This document shows, in pieces, positions 26,758 through 38,264 of a DNA stretch of 64,000 bases. The stretch's first letter is position 1. Each line of letters opens with the position of its first letter. The position numbers and the translations under genes were made by a program. The stretch spans positions 55,800,001 to 55,864,000 of the forward strand of contig NC_043001.1 of assembly GCF_006345805.1 (NCBI RefSeq). Reading direction: 5' to 3'. The notes under the pieces were generated by a model. The model had not been told where the DNA came from and ran no database searches. It saw only the letters and a list, made by a program, of their open reading frames with translations. This DNA comes from Octopus sinensis. Taxonomy: Eukaryota.

Positions 26758-27890
26758 TGTGTTGTTATTTGGGCCTGGAGCAGTCCTGATCGAGTAAACA
26801 TTCTTGTGATCATTGATGTTCCAGGGGAAAACATTTCCTTAAAAAAAAAAAAGGAAAAACATTAAGCTGTAAGGATAAGGTTTAGCTGCTATTTCTAATA
26901 AGCTGAAGGGCTTCGTTGACTGATGTGACGTTGCTGAGCACTGTATTAGACTTTGCTAAGCAGACCATTACAATCAAAAGCGTTCTAACCGTGGCCACCT
27001 TTTTTAAATCAGATCATTTATGATTACATTATTCGATGAAATCTCTCCTTTTTATAACAGCTGGTTTAAGGATGATTTGGTTGCTATTTCTAGCCTATCG
27101 AGTGACTTCGATGATTCCTGGTCATTGCGGTTTAGACTTGGGTGTGGAGAGACTTCATTTATTAAAAACGTTCCAGGGATGACCATCCAAGGATTACATG
27201 AAATATATACTTTTCCGTTTTTATGATTTGAAGGAAAATTTCACTGCTATTTCTAGCATACCTAAAAGCCACCGAGAGAGTCATTGATGACCAGCAGCCC
27301 TTTAGAACCTTACACTGTGGTTAATAGCTTGGCTATAGTGGTATTAATGTGGCGATGGTGATTGTAATGGTGGTCAAGACGGGGGTGATCTTTTAGGCCG
27401 TCATATACAATCGAGCTGACTTAATAATCAAAACATGTTCCACCTGGGACCATCCTATTTTAGTCAGTTTATATAGCATTACATTACTCACTTTATTTTA
27501 TTAATTTCTCACTGACTGATCTAAAAGATACGACTGCTATATCTAGCAGGTCGAATGACCGCTTAGAGGCTCCTTCTTTCACAATTCATTGCTAGTCGTG
27601 GTTTACGTTGGTTCATGTGACTTATTTTTCCTATTAAGAAATCCACAACCTCTTACGACCAAATACATTTTCCTCCTCTCAAAATCACCACTTTTGTTAT
27701 TAGTGTTTAGCCCTAAGCGAACAGACATACCTATAATCGAAGGCCTTCCAACCATGACCATTCCAGTTTCTGTAGTTTAACACTACCTTAAATGTATCAT
27801 CTTATTTAAGACCGCAGGCTATGATTTGATTGAAATTTGGCTATTTCTATTCAGGTCGAGTGAACGCCAAGAAACTCCCTTGTTAACTCG
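26758..27890 (-). repeat. Array of five decayed copies of the ~200-bp (AAC)n-tailed repeat (family F)
   Basis: Anchor gctatttcta / gctatatcta at about 26888, 27083, 27247, 27536 and 27840, each preceded by ttcca...gaccat-type motifs, all in the same orientation. Confidence 0.75.
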
Positions 27891-29756
27891 ACCATTTAGA
27901 TTTTTTTAGTAGTAGTAGTAGTCTCCAGCCCCCACAACTAATTTGCCCAACTACTAATAATTAATCACCAATATATATACATAACCACTATCACCACCTC
28001 CAAATGCCCTCCCACCATCACAACAACCACAAAGCAAAAAAATTAGGAGGCGTGGTAATAATAGGTGGTGGGTGAGGGTAAAGAGGCTAATGGAGAACGA
28101 GTGGTGTAAGATAGAGGGATGGTGGTTTGGATCTGTGTAAGTATATATGAGCAAGTGTGTGCTGAGGAGGTTTTTCTCTGTGTGTACTGGACGTATGTAA
28201 GTGTGCGTTGAGGTTGTGTGTATGTGCGGAGTGCTAAGGATGCGTTGTGTACTGTGATTGTCATGTGTGCACGTGTGTATGTTGAGGATATATACATACT
28301 GAGGTTGTTGTCTGTGTGTTGAGGTTTAGCTCAGAGTGAGGTAAAAGGTAGGAGGTGTGAGTGCAAAGGGATGTAGGAGATAAGGTGGAAGTAGGATGGG
28401 GAGTGAAAAGAAAACGGTATGACGAAGATAGAAGTGGGGGGGTGCCGTAGTATAGTGATGGACGAGGTGGGTGGCTGTTGGAAATAGGGGTTTTGGCGGC
28501 AGGAACGAAGGGAGCTTAGTTTTTCGATGAGAGAGGGAGCAGAGGTGTGTGAGTGCGTATGTGTGTGTATCCAAGTCTGTTGGTGTGTGTTCGTTTATGT
28601 GTACGTTCGCGCGCACGCCATTCAGTCTGAGTATGTGATTGTGAGCGTGTGTATGTATACGCTTGCTCGCATGTGTGTGCGCGCGCTTGAATGACGGAAG
28701 TCCGTTGAGAGTAGAGGGAGGTGAGAGAGGGAAGAAAGGAAGTTCACGGATGGAGAGGGGAAAAGAGGAGGGCAAAATTGGGGCTGGTTATATTGTTGAA
28801 AGAGGTCTGTTTGTAGATGAAAGGATGTTTAGGAAGAGATAGGAAAGAAGACAAAACGTTAGAGGGGAAGCTGGATGATTTTTGTTTTTTTTTGTTTCGT
28901 GTGTGTATGAATGGGAGTGGGCAAAAAATGAGTGTTCTTATATGCATAAAACTGAACATTAACTGGATAAGGGACTCATTACAAGTGTAAAGTCTGATAT
29001 TTTTAATAATTTTATTGACTGTGATTTCGAAGCTACACCGGTTGTCGGCGAACAATACGGTACTATTACCATCATTTCATTCTGAAGATAAGACCGTAAA
29101 AGTTTTAAAACGCTAATGGACTAATGGAAGACTATTGTTCCAGACTAAACATAAAAGACTAATAAGGAAATGTGAAAAACTATTTAATAAAAGAAAGATT
29201 AAACTCGAACACAGTCACGTCTTTAATATAACAAACATGTTTGAAAGAAAAGCTTTCCCTATTTGCACACACGCACGGAATAATTTGAATGAAGCCAGTC
29301 TGGGATACAGCTTTCGAAGATTTTTAGTCGATAATTACGGTCCCAGTATGCATTTCAGTCTGGTATTATTTTACACACACACACAGTTATCAATTGGCTA
29401 AGTTGCTATTTTAAGTTACTGCATTGGAAATCACTCCAACGAAATCACTTTTTTTTTTCTTTTAGGAAAACTAAAGTAAATGAGCTCGGTGAGTGATCTA
29501 ATAAAACTGAAATACGTCCGGGGTTTTTTTTCATTTTTGTTCACCAGTTAGCTTTAAAGTTTCAGTTGATTGACCGTATTGAAGTTATCTTCCTTGTTTG
29601 ATTCATTTTAAGCAGTTCTGTGCACTAAATACAAGGATAACCTCAGTTAATCGAAAATGATCAATTCACTATACTACGTGTTTGCATAATATAATATAGG
29701 TATATTAAATTCGCAGAATGCTCCTTGGGGTATATCCTCTATCCTTATTTTATATG

Positions 29757-30305
29757 TATTCTTTTATTCGTTTCAGTTATTAGACTGCGGCCTTGCTGGG
29801 GCATCGCCTTGAGGAATTTTAGTCGAAGTAATCGACCCCAGTGCTTATCTTTTTATAAACCTGGTAATTATTCTATCGATCTTTTTTGCCGAACGGCTTA
29901 GTAAACGCACCAATACCAGTTGTCATGCGGTGTTGAGGACAAATACAGACACATACACATACCTACAAAGGGCTTCTTTTAGTTTCGGTCTACCAAATCC
30001 ACTCACAAGGCTTTCAGTTGGCCCGGAGCTATAATAGAAAACACCTACCCAAGGTGCCACGCAGTGAGACTGAACTCGGGACCATGTGGCTGAAAAGCAG
30101 AATTGTTACCACACAGCCACACCTCGCGCACACATATATAAGGATGGAAGTGCACACATACACACACAACGGACTGCTACGCAGTTTCCGCCTACCAAAT
30201 TAACGTACAAGGCATTGGTCGACTCGAGGCAATGGAAGACACATGCCTGAGATGCCGTGCAGTGCGACTACAATGGAACCAACTGGTTGGAAAGCAAACT
30301 TCTTA
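29757..30305 (-). mobile_element. SINE family A copy plus a second head fragment
   Basis: Full copy at 29757-30125; repeat of the head region at 30170-30305. Confidence 0.82.
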
Positions 30306-30473
30306 ATTCCTTACCTCCATATACATATAAAAAGTCATCCATGCGCAGGGACCTCACGAACATATCCAATATTTTCGTTTCAAAGGCGTATAGTGTGAAT
30401 TTGAGGGACATTTGACTTCTGTTACTAGCGGATGGAGCGACCATATAGTGAATTCCTTTTTCAGTTCGAGCCT

Positions 30474-30888
30474 TGGATCTTTTCGGTTTGACCGGCAGTT
30501 TTTTAAAATAATTTCCACGTAACTAAACACTTTTAAACTTCGTATACTGGTAGAATGTGTTTATAAAACATCTTTTTCTCTTGGCTTTATTGAGAAAATT
30601 CTATAGTTTGTTAAGATATTTGTTGGGTTTTTTTCTTCAATTTCAGAAATTTCAACCAATCAATGACGTCTATTGAGGTGAAAACATTCTGTGCCGTATG
30701 AATATGTCCCTCGTTTAAGAAACAGATTGGGTTTATTTACATTTCTGAAGAAAAAAAGATACCCTTTCCCCCACCCTAACCCTAAAACAGATTGAAATGC
30801 AATAGATCGATACTAGGGTCATAATTATGGGTGACAATTTCATATGAAACCGCTAGAAAAAAATTGCCGTTCAAACCGAAAAGATCCC
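30474..30888. mobile_element. MITE, ~29-bp TIRs, internal (CCCTAA)2
   Basis: GGATCTTTTCGGTTTGACCGGCAGTTTTT versus AAAAATTGCCGTTCAAACCGAAAAGATCC. Flanks are GAGCCT and GAACCA. Confidence 0.88.
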
Positions 30889-30960
30889 GAACCATAAATT
30901 GGTGTGTACGGTAGAAACGTGAACATAGAAAGAATTCCAGAGCGTTGACATTCTCTAGAA

Positions 30961-31098
30961 CAGTGGTCCGCAAAGGTAGTACTGGGGAGGGGTACTGTCG
31001 GCATGTTAAGCTGACAGACTTCTCAATATCCTGGGGTCCGTGGGAAAACTTATTTAAATAAAAGGGGTTCTTGACAGTAAAAAGGCTGGGGATCACTG
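30961..31098. mobile_element. hAT Charlie/Buster-like MITE
   Basis: CAGTG...CACTG termini; 8-bp TSD CTCTAGAA/CTCTAGAG with a central TA. Confidence 0.8.
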
Positions 31099-31739
31099 CT
31101 CTAGAGGAAGATTGGAAATATTGGTCAGAGCGGCGTATGGGCAAGTAGACACAAAGTTAGTGACAAGAGGAGGAGAAATAAATGAGTCGAAGAGGCGCTG
31201 GGTAAAGTAGCGAGAAGCAGAAGCCACTGTATAGTTGCAGTTGAAAGGGTAGAATAAGGACACAACACTTCTGTGGGGAAAATTTCAGGGCCTTGGCTAT
31301 CAGTTAGTCGGGTGTCCTTTTGAGAGATACTATATGGGATTTAGAAGCAGTATTCCATTGTGTCACTGTGACACCTACTGTCACATAGCTTAGTGAAGTT
31401 GTAAGCTAAGTGGAGAAAACTGCCATCATTCAAGAATAAAAAATCAATTTAGAGTTTCAACTTGCAGGAAGAACCTACTCATATCTTGTCAAAAATATAA
31501 TTGGTTTTACGTCGTAGCTTTAAGCGACAAAGGAATATTCGCTTTAAACATACGGATTGGTTTTGTAATAACTGAAATAGTTCGTTATGGAAAACATACA
31601 TACGTTTAAAACATTAATATTCGTATATCAGGCGGTGGATTAATAGAATTGTTAGAGCGTCGGACAAAAAAGTACGTATCTGTTTGAGGTCAACTGATGC
31701 CAAGCTGTTGCCCTACCTTGACCAGAGGTTTTGGGGGAG

Positions 31740-32092
31740 AGGCCCAGTCGATTAGATCGACCCCAGTATGCAACTGATACTTAATTTATCGACCCCGAAA
31801 ATATGAAAGGTAAAATCGACCTCGACGGAATTTGAACTCAGAACATAAAGACAGACGAAATACCTATTTCTTTACTACCCACAAGGGGTTAAACACAGAG
31901 AGGACAAACAAGGACAGAAAAACGGATTAAGTCGATTATATCGACTCCAGTACGTAACTGGTTCTTATTTAATCGACTCCGAAAGGATGAAAAGCAAAGT
32001 CGACCTCGGCGGAATTTGAACTCAGAACGTAGCGGCAGACGAAATACCGCTAACATTTCGTCTGGCGTGCTAACGATTCTGCCAGCTCGCCT
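31740..32092 (-). mobile_element. SINE family B, full copy plus an adjacent partial copy
   Basis: Two copies of gaaa..atgaaa.g.aaa.tcgacctcg.cggaatttgaactcagaac. Head on the minus strand is ggcgagctggcagaatcgttagcacg; B box GAGTTCAAATTCC. Confidence 0.9.
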
Positions 32093-32239
32093 GCGTGAAA
32101 GTAGATTTGTTGTACGAATAGCTGGAAATTTTAGTTAAAATAAAATAAATTTTACCCAGGCTTGCACACAAAAAAAGTATTTATAGTTACATGGTCAATC
32201 CTAACTGACGGCGGTCTGCGATGTCTTAACCATAATTAT

Positions 32240-32573
32240 ATCTAAAACATATTTAAATAGCACTTTCGAAAATGTTTTAAGTATTTAAATATCTTTTAAC
32301 TAAACAATATATTTTCAATCATGTTCAAAACATATATGTCTAAAACGTATTTAAACAACAAGTTTAAATATGTAAAATATGTAAATTTCTTTAAACTATG
32401 CAAATATATTTTTCATACATGTTTAAAACATATTTATGTCTAAAACATATTTAAACAGAAAGATTAAATATGTTTTTAAATATCTTTCAACCATACAAAT
32501 ATATTTTCCTATATATTAAAAGCATTTTTTATAAGCCTAAAACATATTTGAACAGCAAGTTTAAATATGTTTT
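32240..32573. repeat. AT-rich tandem repeat, ~99-bp period, ~3.4 copies
   Basis: ctaaaac(a/g)tattt(a/g)aa at about 32242, 32340, 32440 and 32537. Confidence 0.85.
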
Positions 32574-33489
32574 CGAATGGCTGACTCGGTAGAGCGACTT
32601 AACGTCCCTCGTGCATAAATAAATCATTATTAAAGATTCAATGTCAGAAACCATTATTAGTATTAGCACAGTCGCGTTACTGTAAACTGTGTATTAGAAA
32701 TTATTTGCGACATATTCTGGGCAATAACTTTTCTTAATTTATCCTTCCTCTTTATTTATATTTTTCCTTTTTGTTTGTTTTCAAATATGACGTCTCACCT
32801 GTTTTAGCATTATGGTGCGTAACAGCTGATTGAATCAGCGTGTGATGAAAGATTTTCCGGCCATAAGTATCCCGTCTTTTTCTGTTCAGATTTGCTCGAC
32901 TAAAGGCGGTGCTCCAGCATGGCCGCAGTCAAATAACTGAAACTCTGCCCAATACACCCTTCTATTTTAAAGACGGTTTTAAAGTGATTTCTGACTATTT
33001 CTAGCAGCTCGGACAACCTCGTTGAGGCTTTAAATAAGTCGTAGTTTCAAGGCGATTTGGTTTCTTTTTGGAGTAAGTTGAACGACCACAAAAATGCTCC
33101 GTTTGTGTTGTTACTGCTTAACCCCCAATTCAGCACTGATTGGGTAACCCCTCTTCAAAGGTATTTCAACCAGATGTAACTATTCAGACATTTATTGTCT
33201 ATTCATAGTGTAACCCTCACAACATATCCATTGCGTCGTTTCAGTATTTAAGACAACAGGGTGATCTGAAAGAGAGATGACTGTTATATCTAGTAGGGCT
33301 GTAAACTGCAAAAGCACTTACAATTCAAAAACTTCTTCTGAAAGGTTGTGTTCATTCTATGACACTGTGTGCATATGTGTGCAAAAGTAAAAAAAAAAAA
33401 TCCGTAAACTTCCGAGAATGACGTCATGTATCAGGAAACCAGCTCACAAATTTGACACTTGTCATACTTAAAACGAAAGAATGGCAATA

Positions 33490-34080
33490 TATGGCTAGAA
33501 GTTTATTTCCCAATCACATGGTTTCGGGTTCAGTCCAACTGCGTAGCTCTCTTAGGCAAGTGATTTCTGCTATAGCTTCAGTCCAACCAAAACCTAAACC
33601 TTGTGAGTGGATTTGGTAGACGGAAACTGAAAGAAGCCCGTCGTATATATATATGTGTATATATATATATATGTATGTGTGTGTGTCTGGGTTTGTCCCC
33701 CCAACATCGCTTGACAACCGATGTTGGTGTGTTTACGACCCCGTAACCTAGCGGTTCGGCAAAAGGGACCGATAGAATAAGAAACTAGGCTTACAAAGAA
33801 TAAGTCCTGTGGTCGATTTGTCTCGACTAAAGGCGGTGCTCTAGCATGGCTGCAGTCAAATAACTGAAACAAGTAAAAGAGATATAGGCCTATGTGTGTG
33901 CGTGTCTCCTTCTACCGCTTGATAACTGGTGTTGATGTGTTTAGGTCGCCTTAATTTAACGATCCGGCAAAAAAGACCGACAGAATAAGTACCAGACTTT
34001 AAAAAAAAAGTACTGAGGCCAATTCGTTGGACAAAAATTCTTCAAGGCCGCAGTCCAATGACTGAAACAAACGAAAGATA
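33490..34080 (+). mobile_element. SINE family A full copy followed by a second 3' half
   Basis: gggttcagtcc B box near 33526; tails end ...ctgaaacaagtaaaaga (33880) and ...ctgaaacaaacgaaagat (34080). Confidence 0.88.
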
Positions 34081-34402
34081 TAAGGTATATGAGGGGAGAG
34101 AGGGACTGAGAAAGAATTTGGTGGGGTTGGGGAAAATGTGTTCATCAGGAGTGAATATTCGGTATGTGACTAGGAAAAGGTGTTCGATATGTATGCAGGT
34201 ATAATTTTATCGCTCCGTTCACTTAAAATAAGACAGAGTTGAAATAAACCTCGATCCTATTTCAGATGAGACTGCCCATTTGACTAACAATAATACTGAG
34301 ATAATTGAAATCCTTCGACTGAGAACTATTCTAAAACGTATTCGTGGGTGGCATATTTTAGTTAGTAAACAACCCCATAGCACAGTGTAGATCTCAGATA
34401 TT

Positions 34403-34524
34403 CGGTTAATCTCTAGTTTAAGACTTGGTCACAAAAATGAAAAAAAGCTAGCGTACCATTGTTATACACCTATTACATCATTTTTTAAATTTTTGTGACC
34501 GGGTCTTAAACTAGAGATTAACTG
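34403..34524. mobile_element. 122-bp hairpin MITE, 36-bp TIRs, TSD GATATT
   Basis: CGGTTAATCTCTAGTTTAAGACTTGGTCACAAAAAT versus ATTTTTGTGACCGGGTCTTAAACTAGAGATTAACTG. GATATT at 34397-34402 and 34525-34530. Confidence 0.85.
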
Positions 34525-34783
34525 GATATTCGTCAGTAGCAATTACTTGGTGCGAGCAAATCATTCAGTTTGAGGCTCAGAATACGTGGAAGAAGCGTTA
34601 TGTATTCTAAATAGGAGTTGAAGAAGCCATTAAGGATAACAGGGTTTTTTTAAAAATTTAGTCTGCCCCTTACCACACGGCAATATATAGTCCGTATATT
34701 CTATACTGCTTCGTCTACATCACACTACAGTTTGTCTGCGGTGTATGCAACATTCTCCAATACAATAAATACGGAGAATTCTA

Positions 34784-35480
34784 GGTAAATTTTTATATTA
34801 ACACCCGCACTATTTTCACTAAGAAAAAAAAATTCAGATTTTTTGCTGACCTCCTAATATGTTGCAAATCCTTTATTTTGGTTTGGAAGAGGGGGAGGGA
34901 CGAAGGAGGTGGATCCCCCACCCCTGAATCATTAGAAAATGTTCTTTTCTTCGTTGAATGAATTCCTGTGACCTCCTAATATGCTACAAAACTCTTTTGG
35001 GGGTTCGAAAAACGGGGTGGGGTGAGGTGGAAGCTCGGAAATTTCACTCCATTGATCTTAATCACCCGCACGATTTTCACTAAGGAAAAACATTTAAAAA
35101 TAAAAATCGCGCCCAAACTAATTTTTGCGTGGGCGGGGTGGAGGAGGGAGAGAAAGATGAACGATTTAAAATAAATATATCTTAATTGTTATGTGAGAAA
35201 AGTATAATATATTCTGATGATAAAATATAGTATCTTTCAAAAACATCCTAAATTTATAGACTACATCTTGTGTATTTAAGAAAAAAAAAATATTTTACAG
35301 AAATAAATTTTCCAGAGTGTGGTTCGTTATTAAATATATCCACCTCCTCGCCCCCACCCTTCCGAACCAAAATAAAGGATTTGCAGCATATTAGGAGGTC
35401 AGGGTACTTGATTCCACGCAAAAAATCCAAGTTTTTTTTTCTTAGTGAAAATTGTGCGGGTGTTAATATAAAAATTTACC
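34784..35480. mobile_element. Merlin-like non-autonomous DNA transposon (697 bp)
   Basis: ~130-140-bp TIRs starting GGTAAATTTTTATATTAACACCCGCAC; 8-bp TSD GAATTCTA/AAATTCTA; TIR sub-motifs repeated internally (~34968, ~35062). GGNRM termini with an 8-9-bp TSD are Merlin hallmarks. Confidence 0.78.
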
Positions 35481-36751
35481 AAATTCTATTCCACACGACA
35501 ATTCACTGTATACTTTACGCTGCTTTAGTTAATATCCGTCACACCACAATATAACACTATAAGTTATTTTTATGCACTACACTAACCAAACAGGAAGCTT
35601 CTACGTAGTCGCTCACCTGGTAGAAACGGTCATCAAATCTCCCTCAAATTACAATGTAGAGTTTTGTATAAGAACAGTACACATTAGATAATGTAGACCT
35701 ACTTATTCAGAAAAAAGACATAACAGTCGTATGTGAAGTATCTGTGATCAGACATAGGACTACTCAATCAAGATTGACCTAGAGCTAAATAAACAACATA
35801 AAAAAACATACTACATAAGACAAGTCAACGAGGAAGCCTTTAAGTGAAGAGAACACGGAGAAAGAGCCCTCGTTAGCTCATGCACACATATTTATACTTG
35901 GTGATGAGATGGTGGTGGACTTTTTTCAGTTGAAGCAGATGATAAGAAAGTGAAGAAGAGAGCCTGATTAAAGCCAACATCTGGTTCCTGTACGTAGAAC
36001 CAGTTGCCAGTGCCGACATCACAGGCATGATTATAAATATCAACTACAGCTTTGCCTATCGACACTTCACAACTGGTACATGCTTCTCAAACATACTGCA
36101 TCTACACACATATGCACGTACACATACATACATGTACACGTACACGTACTTACAAATGTATACAAGCATGCGGTCACGAACAGTCATGCACATAGAAACA
36201 TACCCACGAACAAATATACACCATCCAAAACTATGAAATCCCTATGTTGTGAATTGATCTTGTAGAAGAACTAAGCGGACAAATCTTCCTCAAACCTACT
36301 ATCTGAAAAGAGCAAGAATATATTAGAAAAAGTAGTTTTAGATACACTCTGTCTGAATAAAAGACAGCATGATTGGGGGTGGAACACCTTTCATAACAGG
36401 ATCTGTTCATTCAGAATTAAATTGGGGTGAAACAATCACATATATATGTACGTACACACGTGCGTACATACATACATACATACGGACGGACAGATTCATG
36501 AATACAAATATACATATATTAACATGCAAAAAAACCCTACTCCAGCCTTTGAGTACACATACAAGTATGCAGTGCACATGCATACAGATACATGCATGTG
36601 TGCATTCAGCCTGGAACATAAATGGCTCCTCAGTCGGTTTCAACTATAATTATTCCTGTTGTTAACCAATGTATATTTAAGTGGCAGGGTATTTCAAAGA
36701 CAAGCATACCCATAGCATAATCCTTAAACAGAATCAGCATGACATCATCAC

Positions 36752-36945
36752 CACCACCATCATCATCATCTTTTAACATCTGTTTTCCATGCCGACATGG
36801 GTTGGATGGTTTGACCAGAGCTGGCAAGTGGGAGAGCTGCACCAGGTTCCAGTCTGATTTGGCCTGGTTTCTATAGCCAGATGCCCTTCTTAATGCCAAC
36901 TACTTTACAGTGTGTGTTGGGAGCTTTTTACATGGCAGTAGCACA
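36752..36945 (-). mobile_element. RTE 3'UTR fragment with (GAT)n tail
   Basis: Reverse complement of the UTR at 600-745 and 4760-4917. Confidence 0.82.
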
Positions 36946-37167
36946 GGGCTCTTCGGGGCCAGTTCTCTTCATACAATGTGTAACAAATCTAGACTTTTGA
37001 ATTACAGATTCAGTTCAAGTGATGGGTTTCTGACCAATTTCTATCTACTCATGGCTGCATGGTTAAGAAGCCATACCTGCACCCGTCTTCTTAACCACAC
37101 AGACATACCTTAGCTTATATTAAATCTGAATATACATATGTATGTCCATGCATTTGTGTATATGGAT

Positions 37168-37486
37168 CAAAGGCATGTGGCTAAGTGGTTAGGGTATTTG
37201 GCTCAAGATCGTAAGCTCATGAGTTCGAAGCCTGGCAGTACATTGTATCTATGAGCAGGACACTTTATTTCATGTTGTTCCAGCCCACTCAGCTGGCAAA
37301 AATGAGTAGTACCTGTATTTCAAAGGACTGGCCTTGTCACATTCTGTGTGACACTGAATCACCCAGAGAATTACATTAAGTGTATGCAGGTCTGTGGAGT
37401 GCTCAGCCACTTGCATGTTTATTTCACAAGCAGGCTGTTCCATTGTTCGGATCAACTGGAACCCTCATTGTCATAACAGAGTGTCA
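37168..37486 (+). mobile_element. tRNA-derived SINE family C
   Basis: A box TGGCTAAGTGG, B box GAGTTCGAAGCC; body shared with 51428-51743. Confidence 0.88.
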
Positions 37487-38264
37487 GTTTTTTTTTTGGT
37501 TTTTTTTTTTTGTAGATCAACTTGAAATGAACACTGATCATCTGTATCAAATGTGTCTCTCATGATATATTGATAATATATACTATAAAAAGGTAAAAAA
37601 ATGGCAATGTGAAAGCTTTACTGGTTGCTCAACCTACCTGCTAGAAATAGTGGTGAAATTCCCCTCAGATAACACTTTGTCTTGCAAAGGGAAAGGAATA
37701 TAGGTTAATGTAGTCTAAGACATTCAATGTCAAAACAGTAATCTTGACCAGGGCTGATGTAGGGATAAGAAATATTTTACAACTCGGAGACATCACAAAA
37801 CATCACATCTCAGCAGAGCACAGAAGACCATGTCTAAGAAAGATATCTTGAGAAGAAAAATGGTGTATATATAAAGGAGAAATCAGTGCAAAAAAAGGCT
37901 GGAGATGAAGGTATCTGTATAATGAAGTTAGAGCAATAGTGGGAGTAAATAGATGGAAATAGGCTTGTATATAAAGATATTGCTAATATATGAAAGATAA
38001 ACATAACAGTAAAAAGGTGGAAAAATGAAAAATGACCTCAACCATTCAGGATGCCTCTATATATTTGTTCATCCTGCTCTCCCTCAGAGCATGCCCTACC
38101 ATTAAACATAAAGAAAGGACTCATTAGATAGTGTTGTCTTAAATATCAGTAAAAAGACAAGATGACCAAGGCAAGAACCTCTTTTGTCCCACTCCCTCTG
38201 TGTGTGTGTGTGTGCATATCTATCTATCTAATCTCTTTCTCTCTCTTCATATATATACATGCGT

